Positions 27,723-37,300 of a stretch of DNA of 44,380 nt are shown piece after piece. Both the position numbers and the translations under genes were made by a program. How positions within the stretch are numbered: the first letter of the stretch is position 1; each line of letters starts with the position of its first letter. Source of the stretch: an uncultured Rhodobacterales bacterium. Lineage in GTDB: Bacteria; Pseudomonadota; Alphaproteobacteria; Rhodospirillales; CAJXLG01. The stretch lies in assembly GCA_964535075.1 (NCBI GenBank), contig CAZHRQ010000004.1, positions 1-44,380 on the forward strand, read 5' to 3'. Below the pieces are notes generated by a model. It was given only the letters and a program-made list of their open reading frames with translations. It had not been told where the DNA came from and ran no database searches.

Positions 27723-27804
27723 AGCGGTTGTCTCGTGGCGCGAAATAAGGGGGACGCGGTGCCGGACCACCGTGCCCCCCCCTGTGCCGGGCGCAAAACG
27801 CACA

Positions 27805-28194
27805 TTACGCTTTACGAATGCCGGCCACCCATTCCTCCATGGTGTTGTGGGCCACCTCGTTGGGGGCGTCCATGAAGCTCACCTCGAAGCCGTCGAGGGT
27901 TTCCACGATGGCGATGGAGCGAGGGCGGACCGCCATCACCTCGCACCCGGGCAGCATCAGGCCAAAGCAGAACACCACGTTCTTGGCCCCGAGGATGGTG
28001 TCCGCCACCTCGCCGTTGATGGCCTTGGTGTGGGCGTAGTGGTCGAACACGGCGATCAGCTTGGCTTTCGGGTGCTCCTCCACCTTGGTGGTGAAATAGT
28101 CCACCAGGGCGTCGAAGGAGCCATGCAGCGTTTCATCCCGACCCAGCCGCACCAAGGTGACCGGATACTTGTCCATCAGGGTTTTGCGTTCCAT
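27805..28194 (-). CDS. Conserved hypothetical protein (DUF6858-like, DUF302-like fold)
   Basis: MDKYPV, IAVFDHYAHT, KNVVFCFG, AVRPRSI, SFMDAP. Confidence 0.7.
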   Translation of the reverse strand: MERKTLMDKYPVTLVRLGRDETLHGSFDALVDYFTTKVEEHPKAKLIAVFDHYAHTKAINGEVADTILGAKNVVFCFGLMLPGCEVMAVRPRSIAIVETLDGFEVSFMDAPNEVAHNTMEEWVAGIRKA

Positions 28195-28302
28195 GAAGCG
28201 TGTTCCTTGCGCAATGAAAAGGGCGGCGTGGCACCGTGCCGTGGACCATGCCGCGACCGGGGCCTCGCCGCCCTGACATTTCGCAACCCGTGGCCGGGAG
28301 GT

Positions 28303-28327
28303 TAGAGCGGATGACGCCCCGCTCCAG
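28303..28327. repeat. Internally deleted derivative of the 64-nt palindromic element
   Basis: TAGAGCGGATGACGCCCCGCTCCAG retains both termini; lies just after the dksA stop. Confidence 0.5.
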
Positions 28328-28331
28328 GGAT

Positions 28332-28754
28332 TTACTCCCAGTCGTCGCGCCGGGTACGCTCCAGGCGTTCGTGCCGTTCCTGGGCCTCGATGGAGAGGGT
28401 GGCGATGGGGCGGGCCTCCAACCGGCGCAAGGCGATGGGTTCCCCCGTTTCCTCGCAAAACCCATAGCTGCCGTCGTCGAGTCGCTCCAGGGCGGCGTCG
28501 ATCTTGGCGATCAGCTTGCGGGCCCGGTCGCGGGTGCGCAGCTCCAGGGCCCGGTCCACCTCGGTGGTGGCGCGGTCGGCGATGTCTGGCTCCGGGGAGT
28601 CCCCTTCCTGCAGGTGCTGTAAGGTGGCGTCAGCTTCGCGCAAAAGTTCCGCGCGCCAATCGATGAGCTTGCGCCGGAAATACTCCCGCTGCAGCGGGTT
28701 CATGAACTCCTCGTCGTCGCTGGGACGATAGCCCTCGGGCAGCGTGACACTCAT
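28332..28754 (-). CDS. dksA: RNA polymerase-binding protein DksA (single-Cys alphaproteobacterial type)
   Basis: YRPSDDEEFMN, DIADRA coiled-coil tip, LRTRDRARKLI, YGFCEETGEPI. Confidence 0.95.
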   Translation of the reverse strand: MSVTLPEGYRPSDDEEFMNPLQREYFRRKLIDWRAELLREADATLQHLQEGDSPEPDIADRATTEVDRALELRTRDRARKLIAKIDAALERLDDGSYGFCEETGEPIALRRLEARPIATLSIEAQERHERLERTRRDDWE

Positions 28755-28846
28755 CGACCGGTCCTTGTCCCCGTTTCTCGGTATTCGGCGTGTGGCCGCA
28801 ATATAGGTAACCCCCTGGCGACACACAAGAGTTACGGGGCGGTCTG

Positions 28847-29281
28847 TCAGGAGTCGCGGGTCAGTTTGGCCAGTTCCACCTGGGCGCGGACGTCGATTTC
28901 GTCCAGAACCTCGGCCAGGGGGCCGTCGTCCACCGCCTCGCGCCGGGCGCGAACTTCCCGGGCCAGGGCGCCGAGCTGATCCTTGGAAACCGCGCCCGCC
29001 AGCAGGGCGTCGCGCAGGTCGTCCAGGTGCTCCAGCAACCGTTCCCCGCGCGCCATGGCCTGGCGCCGACGTTGGTCGGGGTCGGGGGGGGGCACTTCCT
29101 GGGCCGCCAGCAGGGCGTCCACGGCGCTCACCGCATGGGGACTTTCCGGGGCGCGGGTGCCCCGGGCCTCCACCGCCTCCCGCAGCAGATCCCCAAAGCC
29201 GCCCGAATCGCCCTCCACGGGCCGGGCCTTGCGCCGGCCGGGTTCCGGGCCTTGGGTGGTTCCCAGATGCGTGACCCTCAT
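28847..29281 (-). CDS. fliX: Flagellar assembly regulator FliX
   Basis: DALLAAQE, RGERLLEHLDDLRDALL, LDEIDVRAQVELAK; divergent from flgI as in Caulobacter. Confidence 0.88.
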   Translation of the reverse strand: MRVTHLGTTQGPEPGRRKARPVEGDSGGFGDLLREAVEARGTRAPESPHAVSAVDALLAAQEVPPPDPDQRRRQAMARGERLLEHLDDLRDALLAGAVSKDQLGALAREVRARREAVDDGPLAEVLDEIDVRAQVELAKLTRDS

Positions 29282-29421
29282 GAGCCTGACTCCTCACCCT
29301 GCGGGGGCCGTCGTGTCCGCTCTTGATGCCGGGCGGGGACGGGCGCATCCTGATTCTCGGAGACGGCGCGGCACCAGGGGCTCACAGCCACGAGCCCACA
29401 GGCGCTCTCTCCATGGTCTCC

Positions 29422-29438
29422 GTCAACCAGTCATTGAC
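29422..29438. promoter_or_regulatory. Possible degenerate CtrA box upstream of fliX
   Basis: GTCAA-CCAGTCA-TTGAC versus TTAA-N7-TTAAC. Confidence 0.4.
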
Positions 29439-29495
29439 AGCCTTGAGTGTATCGTGTGGTCCGGGAGGCCCGAAAGAGGCAATATTCCGCCCCCC

Positions 29496-29514
29496 TTGGG
29501 CAGGAATTGCCGGG
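29496..29514. promoter_or_regulatory. FlbD-type ftr enhancer upstream of flgI
   Basis: TTGGGCAGGAATTGCCGGG with an exact GGCA-R-NNN-Y-TGCC core; weaker copy at 29475-29493. Confidence 0.7.
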
Positions 29515-29566
29515 TCCGGCGCCGCCCCCCGGGGGGCGACTCCCCTGGTTGGCGTCCGGATCGGGC

Positions 29567-29582
29567 TGGCACGGTTTTCGCA
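29567..29582 (+). promoter_or_regulatory. Sigma54 promoter of the flgI operon
   Basis: TGGCACGGTTTTCGCA (GG-N10-GC). Confidence 0.8.
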
Positions 29583-29647
29583 TGACATGTTCACGATAAA
29601 TGCGCCCGCCCGGTACGCCGGCGGGCCGGGGGAGAACAAGGAAACAC

Positions 29648-30841
29648 ATGATGGCGCGGCATCACAGTCAGACCCGCCACACTCACGGGTCGCGGGCGGT
29701 AACCCTGGCGGAACAGAAACAGGTGATCGGGCGGTTCGGCACCGGCATGCTGCTGCTGGTGGTGGCCCTGATGTTGCTGCTGGCCCTGCCGGCCCACGGC
29801 GCCTCGCGCATCAAGGACATCGCCCAGTTCGAGGGCGTGCGGGATAACCTGCTGGTGGGCTATGGCCTGGTGGTGGGGCTGAACGGGACCGGCGACAGTA
29901 TCGACAACATCAACTTCACCCGCGAAAGCCTGGTGAGCATGCTGGAACGCCTGGGGGTGAACACCCGGGGCGCCGACGTGGACACGGAAAACGTGGCGGC
30001 GGTGATGGTCACCAGTGTGCTGCCGCCCTTTTCCCGCCAGGGTACTCGGGTGGACGTGAGTGTTTCCGCCCTGGGGGATTCGGAAAGCCTGCTGGGCGGC
30101 ACCCTGCTGGTGACGCCGCTGGTGGGGGCCGATGGCGAGGTCTATGCCGTGGCCCAGGGGCCCGTGGCCGTGGGGGGCTTCACCGCCCAGGGCGACGCGG
30201 AAACCATCACCAAGGGCGTGCCCACCTCCGGCCGCATTGCCGGCGGCGCCATCGTGGAGCGGGAGATCGTCTTCAACCTCAACAATATGCAGAAGATCGA
30301 CATCTCCCTGCGCAATCCTGATTTCACCACGTCCCGTCGGGTGGCCGAGGCCATCAACAGCTATTTCGGGACCGCCGCCGCCCGTCCGGTGGACCCGGCC
30401 ACGGTACGGATGCAGATCCCGCCCGGCTATCGCGGTGATACGGTGAGCATGATCACCGACATCGAGGGCCTGCGGGTGGTGCCCGACAACGTGGCCAAGG
30501 TGGTGATCGACGAGCAATCGGGCGTGATCGTCATGGGCAAGAACGTGCGCATCAACGAGGTGGCCATCGCCCAGGGCAACCTGACCATTCGCATCACGGA
30601 AACGCCACAGGTCGCCCAGCCCACGCCCTTTTCCCAAGGGCAGACGGAGGTGGTGCCCCGCACCAACATCCAGGTGGATGAACAGGCCGATCGCCGTTTT
30701 GCGGTCCTGGACCCGGGCGTGAGCCTCCAGGAACTGGTGAACGGGCTCAATGCCCTGGGGATCGGTCCTCGCGACATGATCACCATCCTTCAGGCCATCA
30801 AGGCGGCGGGCGCCCTGCAGGCCGAGATTGAAGTGATCTGA
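29648..30841 (+). CDS. flgI: Flagellar P-ring protein
   Basis: SRIKDI, GVRDNLLVGYGLVVGLNGTGD, NVAAVMVT, LQAIKAAGALQAEI. Confidence 0.96.
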   Translation: MMARHHSQTRHTHGSRAVTLAEQKQVIGRFGTGMLLLVVALMLLLALPAHGASRIKDIAQFEGVRDNLLVGYGLVVGLNGTGDSIDNINFTRESLVSMLERLGVNTRGADVDTENVAAVMVTSVLPPFSRQGTRVDVSVSALGDSESLLGGTLLVTPLVGADGEVYAVAQGPVAVGGFTAQGDAETITKGVPTSGRIAGGAIVEREIVFNLNNMQKIDISLRNPDFTTSRRVAEAINSYFGTAAARPVDPATVRMQIPPGYRGDTVSMITDIEGLRVVPDNVAKVVIDEQSGVIVMGKNVRINEVAIAQGNLTIRITETPQVAQPTPFSQGQTEVVPRTNIQVDEQADRRFAVLDPGVSLQELVNGLNALGIGPRDMITILQAIKAAGALQAEIEVI

Positions 30842-30886
30842 CGGTGACGTGATCCGATCAGGACCCGAAGGGGAAGGAAGACCCAC

Positions 30887-31426
30887 ATGATCGACAAGAC
30901 CGGAGCCATGGACAGTCTGCTGGCGCGCGGGGTTTCCCGGGGCGCGGGCCAGCTCGACTCCCTGAGCCGCGCCCTCACCGCCCAGCGGGATCGGGGGCAG
31001 GCGCAACAGGTGTCCCTGGCCGAGGGCACCCCGTACGACTCGGTGCCGACCGTGCTGCCCGGCGGTGGTCTGGGCGGGCCCATGGCGGAAACGGCGGCGC
31101 CGGGGGTGCCCACTCACCTGCCCGGCGGCGGCGTGGAACAGCCCGCGCCCACCCGCGCCCCCAGCCTGCGCGCGCACATGGGCCAGGGCGACGACGTGGC
31201 GGCGCTGCGGGAAAAAGCGCAGGAACTGGAAGGCGTGTTCCTGTCCCAGATGCTGCAGCACATGCCGCTGGGTGTGGATGAAGGCCCCTTCACCGGCGGC
31301 AATGCCGAGCGCATCTATCAGTCGCTCCTGGTGGAGGAATACGGCAAGGAAATGGCCAAGGGCGGCGGCATCGGCATTGCCGATGCCATCGTGGCCCAGA
31401 TTTTGGGCCAGCGGACGGGAGGATAA
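30887..31426 (+). CDS. flgJ: Rod-binding FlgJ-like protein lacking the muramidase domain
   Basis: AQELEGVFLSQMLQHM, GGNAERIYQSLL.EEYGKEMAKGGGIGIADAI; no GH73 domain. Confidence 0.8.
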   Translation: MIDKTGAMDSLLARGVSRGAGQLDSLSRALTAQRDRGQAQQVSLAEGTPYDSVPTVLPGGGLGGPMAETAAPGVPTHLPGGGVEQPAPTRAPSLRAHMGQGDDVAALREKAQELEGVFLSQMLQHMPLGVDEGPFTGGNAERIYQSLLVEEYGKEMAKGGGIGIADAIVAQILGQRTGG

Positions 31427-31430
31427 GCCC

Positions 31431-31874
31431 ATGGATGCCGAGGAACGGGTCGCCGACCTGATCTTCATCAGCGAACGCCTGGCCGAGGTGCTGGCCAAGG
31501 AGAACGTGGCCCTGCGCCGGCGCCAGGTGGATGACCTCGGCGACCTGGTGCGGGAAAAGCAGAAGCTGGTGCGGGCCTACGAAATCCGCATGCGCGGTGT
31601 GAAGGAGGATCCCGCCCTGATCCGCGAGGCGGAGGAAGACCAGCGCGAGGAGCTGCGCGACCTGGGGGAGCGGCTGGCGGAGTTGATGGAAGAAAACGCC
31701 GCCATGCTGCAAACGGCGGTGGAAGGCTCCCGGCTGCTGGTGGATTCGGTGGTCAAGGCGGTGCGCGACCATCAGGTGGGCACCTCCGTCTACGATGAGA
31801 CGGCCGTGGTGCACCAGGAAACCACCCGTCCCGGGGCCCGGGGCGCGGCCTTGAGCCTGAACGATACGGTTTGA
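31431..31874 (+). CDS. flgN: FlgN-like flagellar export chaperone
   Basis: Helical; LAEVLAKENVAL...KQKL..AYE, EENAAML; located directly before flgK. Confidence 0.65.
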   Translation: MDAEERVADLIFISERLAEVLAKENVALRRRQVDDLGDLVREKQKLVRAYEIRMRGVKEDPALIREAEEDQREELRDLGERLAELMEENAAMLQTAVEGSRLLVDSVVKAVRDHQVGTSVYDETAVVHQETTRPGARGAALSLNDTV

Positions 31875-31975
31875 TTTGGCGACCGCGGTCCCTGTGGGGA
31901 ACACGGTCGGATACACGGGTAGAAACCAGCCGGGCCAGCGCCTTAGCCGGTGCGGGACCGAAGGGGAGAACCACC

Positions 31976-34282
31976 ATGACCGGCAGCCTTACCCTGGCCC
32001 TTGATACCGCTAAAAGCGGGTTGATGGCGTCGCAGCAGGCGCTGGCCGCCACGGCCAACAACATTTCCAACGTCAACACCGACGGCTACTCCCGCAAGGT
32101 GGTGAAGTTCGAGACCCGGACCGTGGACGGCATCGGCGCCGGGGTGCAGGTCGGCGAGCTGCGGCGCATGATCGACGAGAACCTCGTCTATGACATGCGC
32201 CGGGAGACCGGCGAGCTTTCCGATCTGTCGGTGCAGAACGACTTCTACCAGCGCATGCAGGACATGTTCGGGGAGCCGGCCGACAACAGCTCCCTGTCCC
32301 ACACCATCAACAAACTGGCCACGGCTTTCGAAGAACTGGCCATGGAGCCCGACAAGGTGTTGCAGCAGTCCAGCGTGGCCGACCGGGGCCAGGACATCTC
32401 GCTGCAAATGGACTCCATGACCACCACCATCCAGAATCTGCGTCTGGAGGCCGACCACGAAATCGCCGACGCCATCGACCGGATCAACGAGTACACCACC
32501 GACATCGCCAGCCTGAACAACAAGATCGTGCGCGAGGAAGCCATCGACGGCGATACCTCCACCCTGCGCGACCAGCGGGACCAGGCCCTCAACGGATTGG
32601 CCGAGCTGCTGGACATTGACTACTACAGCCGTGGCGACGGCGACTTGGTGGTGTTTACCAAGTCCGGGGTGTCGCTGGTGGACAACTCCGCCCGCGCCCT
32701 CACCTTCACCGAGGCTTCCGCCCTGGGCCCCTCCGCCACCTACGGCGAGGGTGATCTTTCGGGCATCACCATCGACGACGGCCACCAGCAGGTGGACATC
32801 ACCAACCGCATTGGCGGCGGCTCGGTGCGTGGGCTGGTGGACATGCGCGACGACATCCTGCCCGGCCTGCAAAGCGAACTGGACGAGCTGGCCGGCGAAT
32901 TGATGCGTGGCATCAACGCGCAACACAACCGGGGCGCGGGCTTTCCGGGCATGCAGTCCATGGACGGTACCCGGCGTTTCCTGGATCCCGATGCCCAGCA
33001 GATCGCCCTGGGCGACAACAGCGATGTGCGCCTGACCCTGATGGACAATGATGGCAAGCAGGTGGCCACCACCACCCTGAACACCATCATGACCGACGTG
33101 AATTACGGCACCAACACCCAGACCAGTCACGGCCTGTGGGATGTTTCGGAAGTGGCGACCACCATCGAGGACTGGGTGCAGGAACAGGGCAACGCCAACG
33201 CCGCCGTCACCTTCGACGACGACAACCGCATGACCATCGAGCTCAACGACACCACCCTCAATCTCGCCTTCCGCGACGAATACGCCGCCACGGGGCAGAG
33301 CTCGGTGGAAGGGGCCGAGGCGCAGGACGCCACCATCAAGTTCAATTCCGATGGGGCCACCATCCCCACCGGCGGCACCCTGGACGACACCATCAACGAA
33401 ACCATTTCCGGCTTTTCCAGCTTCTTCGGTCTGAACGATTTCTATGTCACCGACCTGGGCGACAACATCCACGACAGTGACGTGCAGCAGGTGAACTATC
33501 TGTTCGGGGAATCGCGACGCCTGTACTTCAGCGACAATCCCAATGTCGGCGGCGGTTCGGGCATGTCTTCCTTCAGTGATCCCACCGGGGGCATGGGCTA
33601 CGTGGACATTCCCCAGAACAGCACCCTGGAAGAGATGGCGGCGGCCATCAACACCTCCGCCAATGTGAGCAACGTCACCGCCTCGGTAATCCAGGACGGC
33701 GACGGGGTGCGGCTGCGGCTGGCCCACGATAACGGCCTGGCTTTCACCATCACCGAAGGCAACACTGACGATACCCCCCTGGCCAGCGGCGAGAACAGCC
33801 TGTTGGCCGCCATCGGTATGCATGTTTCCGATGTGCGGCGGGCCAGCGACACCACCGTGCGCAGCGACATCCAAAGCCAGCCTTCCAACATGTCGCGCGG
33901 CATGGTGCAGTGGAACGACGACACCAAGGAATACTTCCTGGGCGAGGGAGACAACGCCATCGCCGAGGCCATGGCCGACGTGATGAAGAGCGACACCGAT
34001 TTCGAAAAAGCGGGGGGGCTGCCCAACCTGGACAGCAGCTATGCGGAATACGCGGCCTCCATCCTGGCCCACAATGCCTCCTCGGCGACCACGGTGGAAA
34101 CCCGCTACGAACAGAAGAGCTCCCTCACCACCGCCCTGTCGGAACAGGCCCAGTCCTCCCAGGGGGTGAACCTGGACGAGGAAATGTCCAACCTGATCGT
34201 TTTCGAGCAGAGCTACGCCGCCTCGGCACGGGTGATCTCCGTGATTTCCGAGATGTTCGACAGCCTTGAAGCCATCGCCTGA
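31976..34282 (+). CDS. flgK: Flagellar hook-associated protein 1 (768 aa)
   Basis: AKSGL, ANNISNVNTDGYSRK, LRDQRD, GVNLDEEMSNLIVFEQSYAASARVI. Confidence 0.93.
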   Translation: MTGSLTLALDTAKSGLMASQQALAATANNISNVNTDGYSRKVVKFETRTVDGIGAGVQVGELRRMIDENLVYDMRRETGELSDLSVQNDFYQRMQDMFGEPADNSSLSHTINKLATAFEELAMEPDKVLQQSSVADRGQDISLQMDSMTTTIQNLRLEADHEIADAIDRINEYTTDIASLNNKIVREEAIDGDTSTLRDQRDQALNGLAELLDIDYYSRGDGDLVVFTKSGVSLVDNSARALTFTEASALGPSATYGEGDLSGITIDDGHQQVDITNRIGGGSVRGLVDMRDDILPGLQSELDELAGELMRGINAQHNRGAGFPGMQSMDGTRRFLDPDAQQIALGDNSDVRLTLMDNDGKQVATTTLNTIMTDVNYGTNTQTSHGLWDVSEVATTIEDWVQEQGNANAAVTFDDDNRMTIELNDTTLNLAFRDEYAATGQSSVEGAEAQDATIKFNSDGATIPTGGTLDDTINETISGFSSFFGLNDFYVTDLGDNIHDSDVQQVNYLFGESRRLYFSDNPNVGGGSGMSSFSDPTGGMGYVDIPQNSTLEEMAAAINTSANVSNVTASVIQDGDGVRLRLAHDNGLAFTITEGNTDDTPLASGENSLLAAIGMHVSDVRRASDTTVRSDIQSQPSNMSRGMVQWNDDTKEYFLGEGDNAIAEAMADVMKSDTDFEKAGGLPNLDSSYAEYAASILAHNASSATTVETRYEQKSSLTTALSEQAQSSQGVNLDEEMSNLIVFEQSYAASARVISVISEMFDSLEAIA

Positions 34283-34301
34283 CGCGTAAGGAGCCCCGGC
34301 C

Positions 34302-37300
34302 ATGACCCGCATCGCTGATATGGCCCAACATCAGGCCATGCTCACCTACATGCTGAAGAACCAGTCCGACACCTATAGATACGAGCGACAGGTGGCGTCC
34401 GAGAAACAGGCGGAGGTCTATTCCGGCCTCAAGCGCGCGGAAACCCTGGTCAATTACGAAAATGTGCGGTCCGACATCGAGGCGTACCAGAACAACATCG
34501 ACACCCTGGGGACCCAGCAGGGCATCATGAACGACGTGCTGGGGCAGATCGAGACCGCGGTCAACAACTTCCAGCGGGATTTGGCAGCCTTTGGCTCCAA
34601 GGCCAACAAGACCGAAGGCGAGGTCACGGCCCTGCAGCAGATGGCCTTCAACAGCATGCTGGACATGCAAGGTTATCTGAACACGGAAATCGGCGGCGAG
34701 TATCTGTTTGGCGGCAGCAGCGACGACTCACCGCCGGTGAACATCGGCTTCGACTCCCTGGCCGACTTCCAGGCGGCCTTTGATGGCCAGATCCGCACCG
34801 CGCCCACCACCCGCGAAGCCAACCTGTTCGACGCCCGGTTCGATTCTTCCAAGGCCACGGTGGCCCAGCCTTCGGAAAACATGGTCAAGGCCACGGGCGA
34901 CAACACCGTCACCTTCGAAAGCGTGGCCACGGTGGGCGGCAACCGCGCCGCCATCACCGCCACCGACAACGATACCTTCCCCGACTGGCTGGCCGGCATG
35001 GAGATCACCATTTCCGGCTCCACCGATTCCGGCAACAACAAGTCGGTGCGGGTGGCCTCGGTGGAAAGCAGCGGCACCGTGTTGCGGTTGGCGGAATACG
35101 ACAGCAGCGGCAATCCCATCGACCTCAACGACGTGACCGGGGATGCCAACATCTCCTTCACGCCCAGTTTCTATGCCCAGGATACGGCCCTGGCCAACGA
35201 CTACACCGGGGCCAACAACGTCACTTGGGGCACCACGGGCGCGCCGGATTCCGAGGACTACATCCAGTTCAGCAACGCCGGCGATGAAACCGCCTTCAAC
35301 CCGGGCGACGTGATCCAGGTTGCCGATGACACCGATTCCGGCAACAACGGCGAATACACCGTTTCCTCTGTGGACACGGTGAACAACCGCATCTACCTGG
35401 CCGGGCAGCCGGGGGTGAATGCCGGCAACAACGATATTCACATCACCCGCGCCGCCGACCGCCTCTATGCCGGCAACGACAACACCTTCGACAACGTGCG
35501 CGAGGGCGGCCTGGTGGAACTGGACGCCGGCAACGCCGGGACCTATCGGGTGGCGGCCAAGGACCCCAATGGCGCCTGGATCCAGCTCACCAATCCCGAC
35601 GGCAGCGCGGCCAGTCTCGCCACCGCCGACCTGAAGAACGTGTCGGTCACCCCGGCCTACGAGTTCAACGACAATCTGTCGCCGCCGGAGGCCATGGCGG
35701 ATCAGACCTTCAGCTTCGCCGCCACCCTGGACGATACCGGCGGCGTGGGGGCCGATACCATCACCGCCGCCGTGGGCACCTTCAACAATCTGTCCGCCGG
35801 CAGCGAACTCACCCTGAACAGCGCCAACTACACCGACACGACCGTGATCGTGGACAGCGTGAGCAGTGATGGCAGCCAGATCACCCTCACCACCGCCCTG
35901 GGGGGCGGCTTCGGGGTGACGGCGGAAACGGGGGTCAGCCTGACCCCTCATTTCCAGGTGACCAACAACAACAGCCAGCCGGACACCATCACCTCCGCCC
36001 TCACCGGCGGTTTCCGGGACAACCAGGTGGGCAGCATCATCACCCTGGCCACCGGCGACAAGAACGTGGACGGCACCTATCGCATCACCGCCAAGGACAG
36101 CACCAATACCACCCTGACGGTGGAAGGCGTGGGCACCAAGCCGCCGGGTACCTACACCCTGTCCCAGGTTACCTTCGACGCCGCAGCCAACCAGCTCACC
36201 GGCGACGACATGGCCTTCTCCAACCTGAAAGCCGGCGACCGCCTCGTGCTCACCAACGCCCCCTATCCCTACGAGGGGCAGATGGTCACGGTGGCCTCGG
36301 TGGATGACGTCGTCGGCACCGCCGACGGCATCACCCTGGAGGAAAACCTGTCCACCAGCGTGGGGCCGACGGATATTTCCCTCACCACGGACGCCAGCCA
36401 GTACGCCAACCAGCCCATCACCGCCGACCCCACCCTGGTGAGCGCCGGGCAAGGCGTGGTGGTGGTGGATTCCCTGAACCCCGCCATGGTTGGCGAGGCG
36501 GACAGCGGCCACGACACCTTCACCGCCGCGCCCGGCACCTTCTCCGGGCTGGCGGTGGGGGCCAAGATCACCCTGAACGCTCATGGCGGCTTCACCACCA
36601 ACGGCGGGGTCGTCAACGACGAAAGCCTCAACGGCAAGGAAGTCACGGTGGCCGGGGTGTCCGAGGATGGCGCCACCCTGGAGGTGGTCGAGGACATCGA
36701 CCTGGGCTTGGGCACCGTGGGCACCCTGAATCAGGTGACCTTCGACAGCACCAGCAACCCGCCGCGCCTGAGCGGACCCAACAACACCTTCGCCGGTTTC
36801 AATGTGGGCGATGTGTTCATGATCCCCGGGGCGCCCGACGGTCAGCCCACCGGCCCCTATGAGGTGGCCGGGGTGGATGGCGTCAACGCGGCCTATATCG
36901 AGCTGTCGCCCGGCGGCCTCAGCCACGACACCGGCCCGGTGGACATTACCGTGGCCGACGCCGCGGTGGCCACCGGTGGTCCCATGACCTTCACGCCCCA
37001 GTTCAAGTTCGAGGACATGGGACCCGGCAAGGACGACGTGATCACCGCCGGGGTCACCGGTGGCTTCCAGGGCTTCAGCGTGGACGACGTCATCACCGTC
37101 AACACCGGCAACAACGCCACCGATGGCACCTTCCGCATCACCGGGGTGGATGCCTCCAACACCAGCCTGACGGTGGAGCCCGCCGGCAGCCGACCGGGCA
37201 ACGTGGCCATCAACGACTGGCGGCCCGGCACCATCGTGGTGGAAGCCGCCAACGACATCGTGGGCGGCACCACCTGGATGAACGGCGAGATCGATACCCT

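Noticed and set aside
28332-29281. dksA next to fliX and lacking the 4-Cys zinc finger
   Set aside because: Both features are common in Alphaproteobacteria
28755-29348. Long N-terminal extension of DksA
   Set aside because: Alternative frame over fliX; DksA homology starts at 28754
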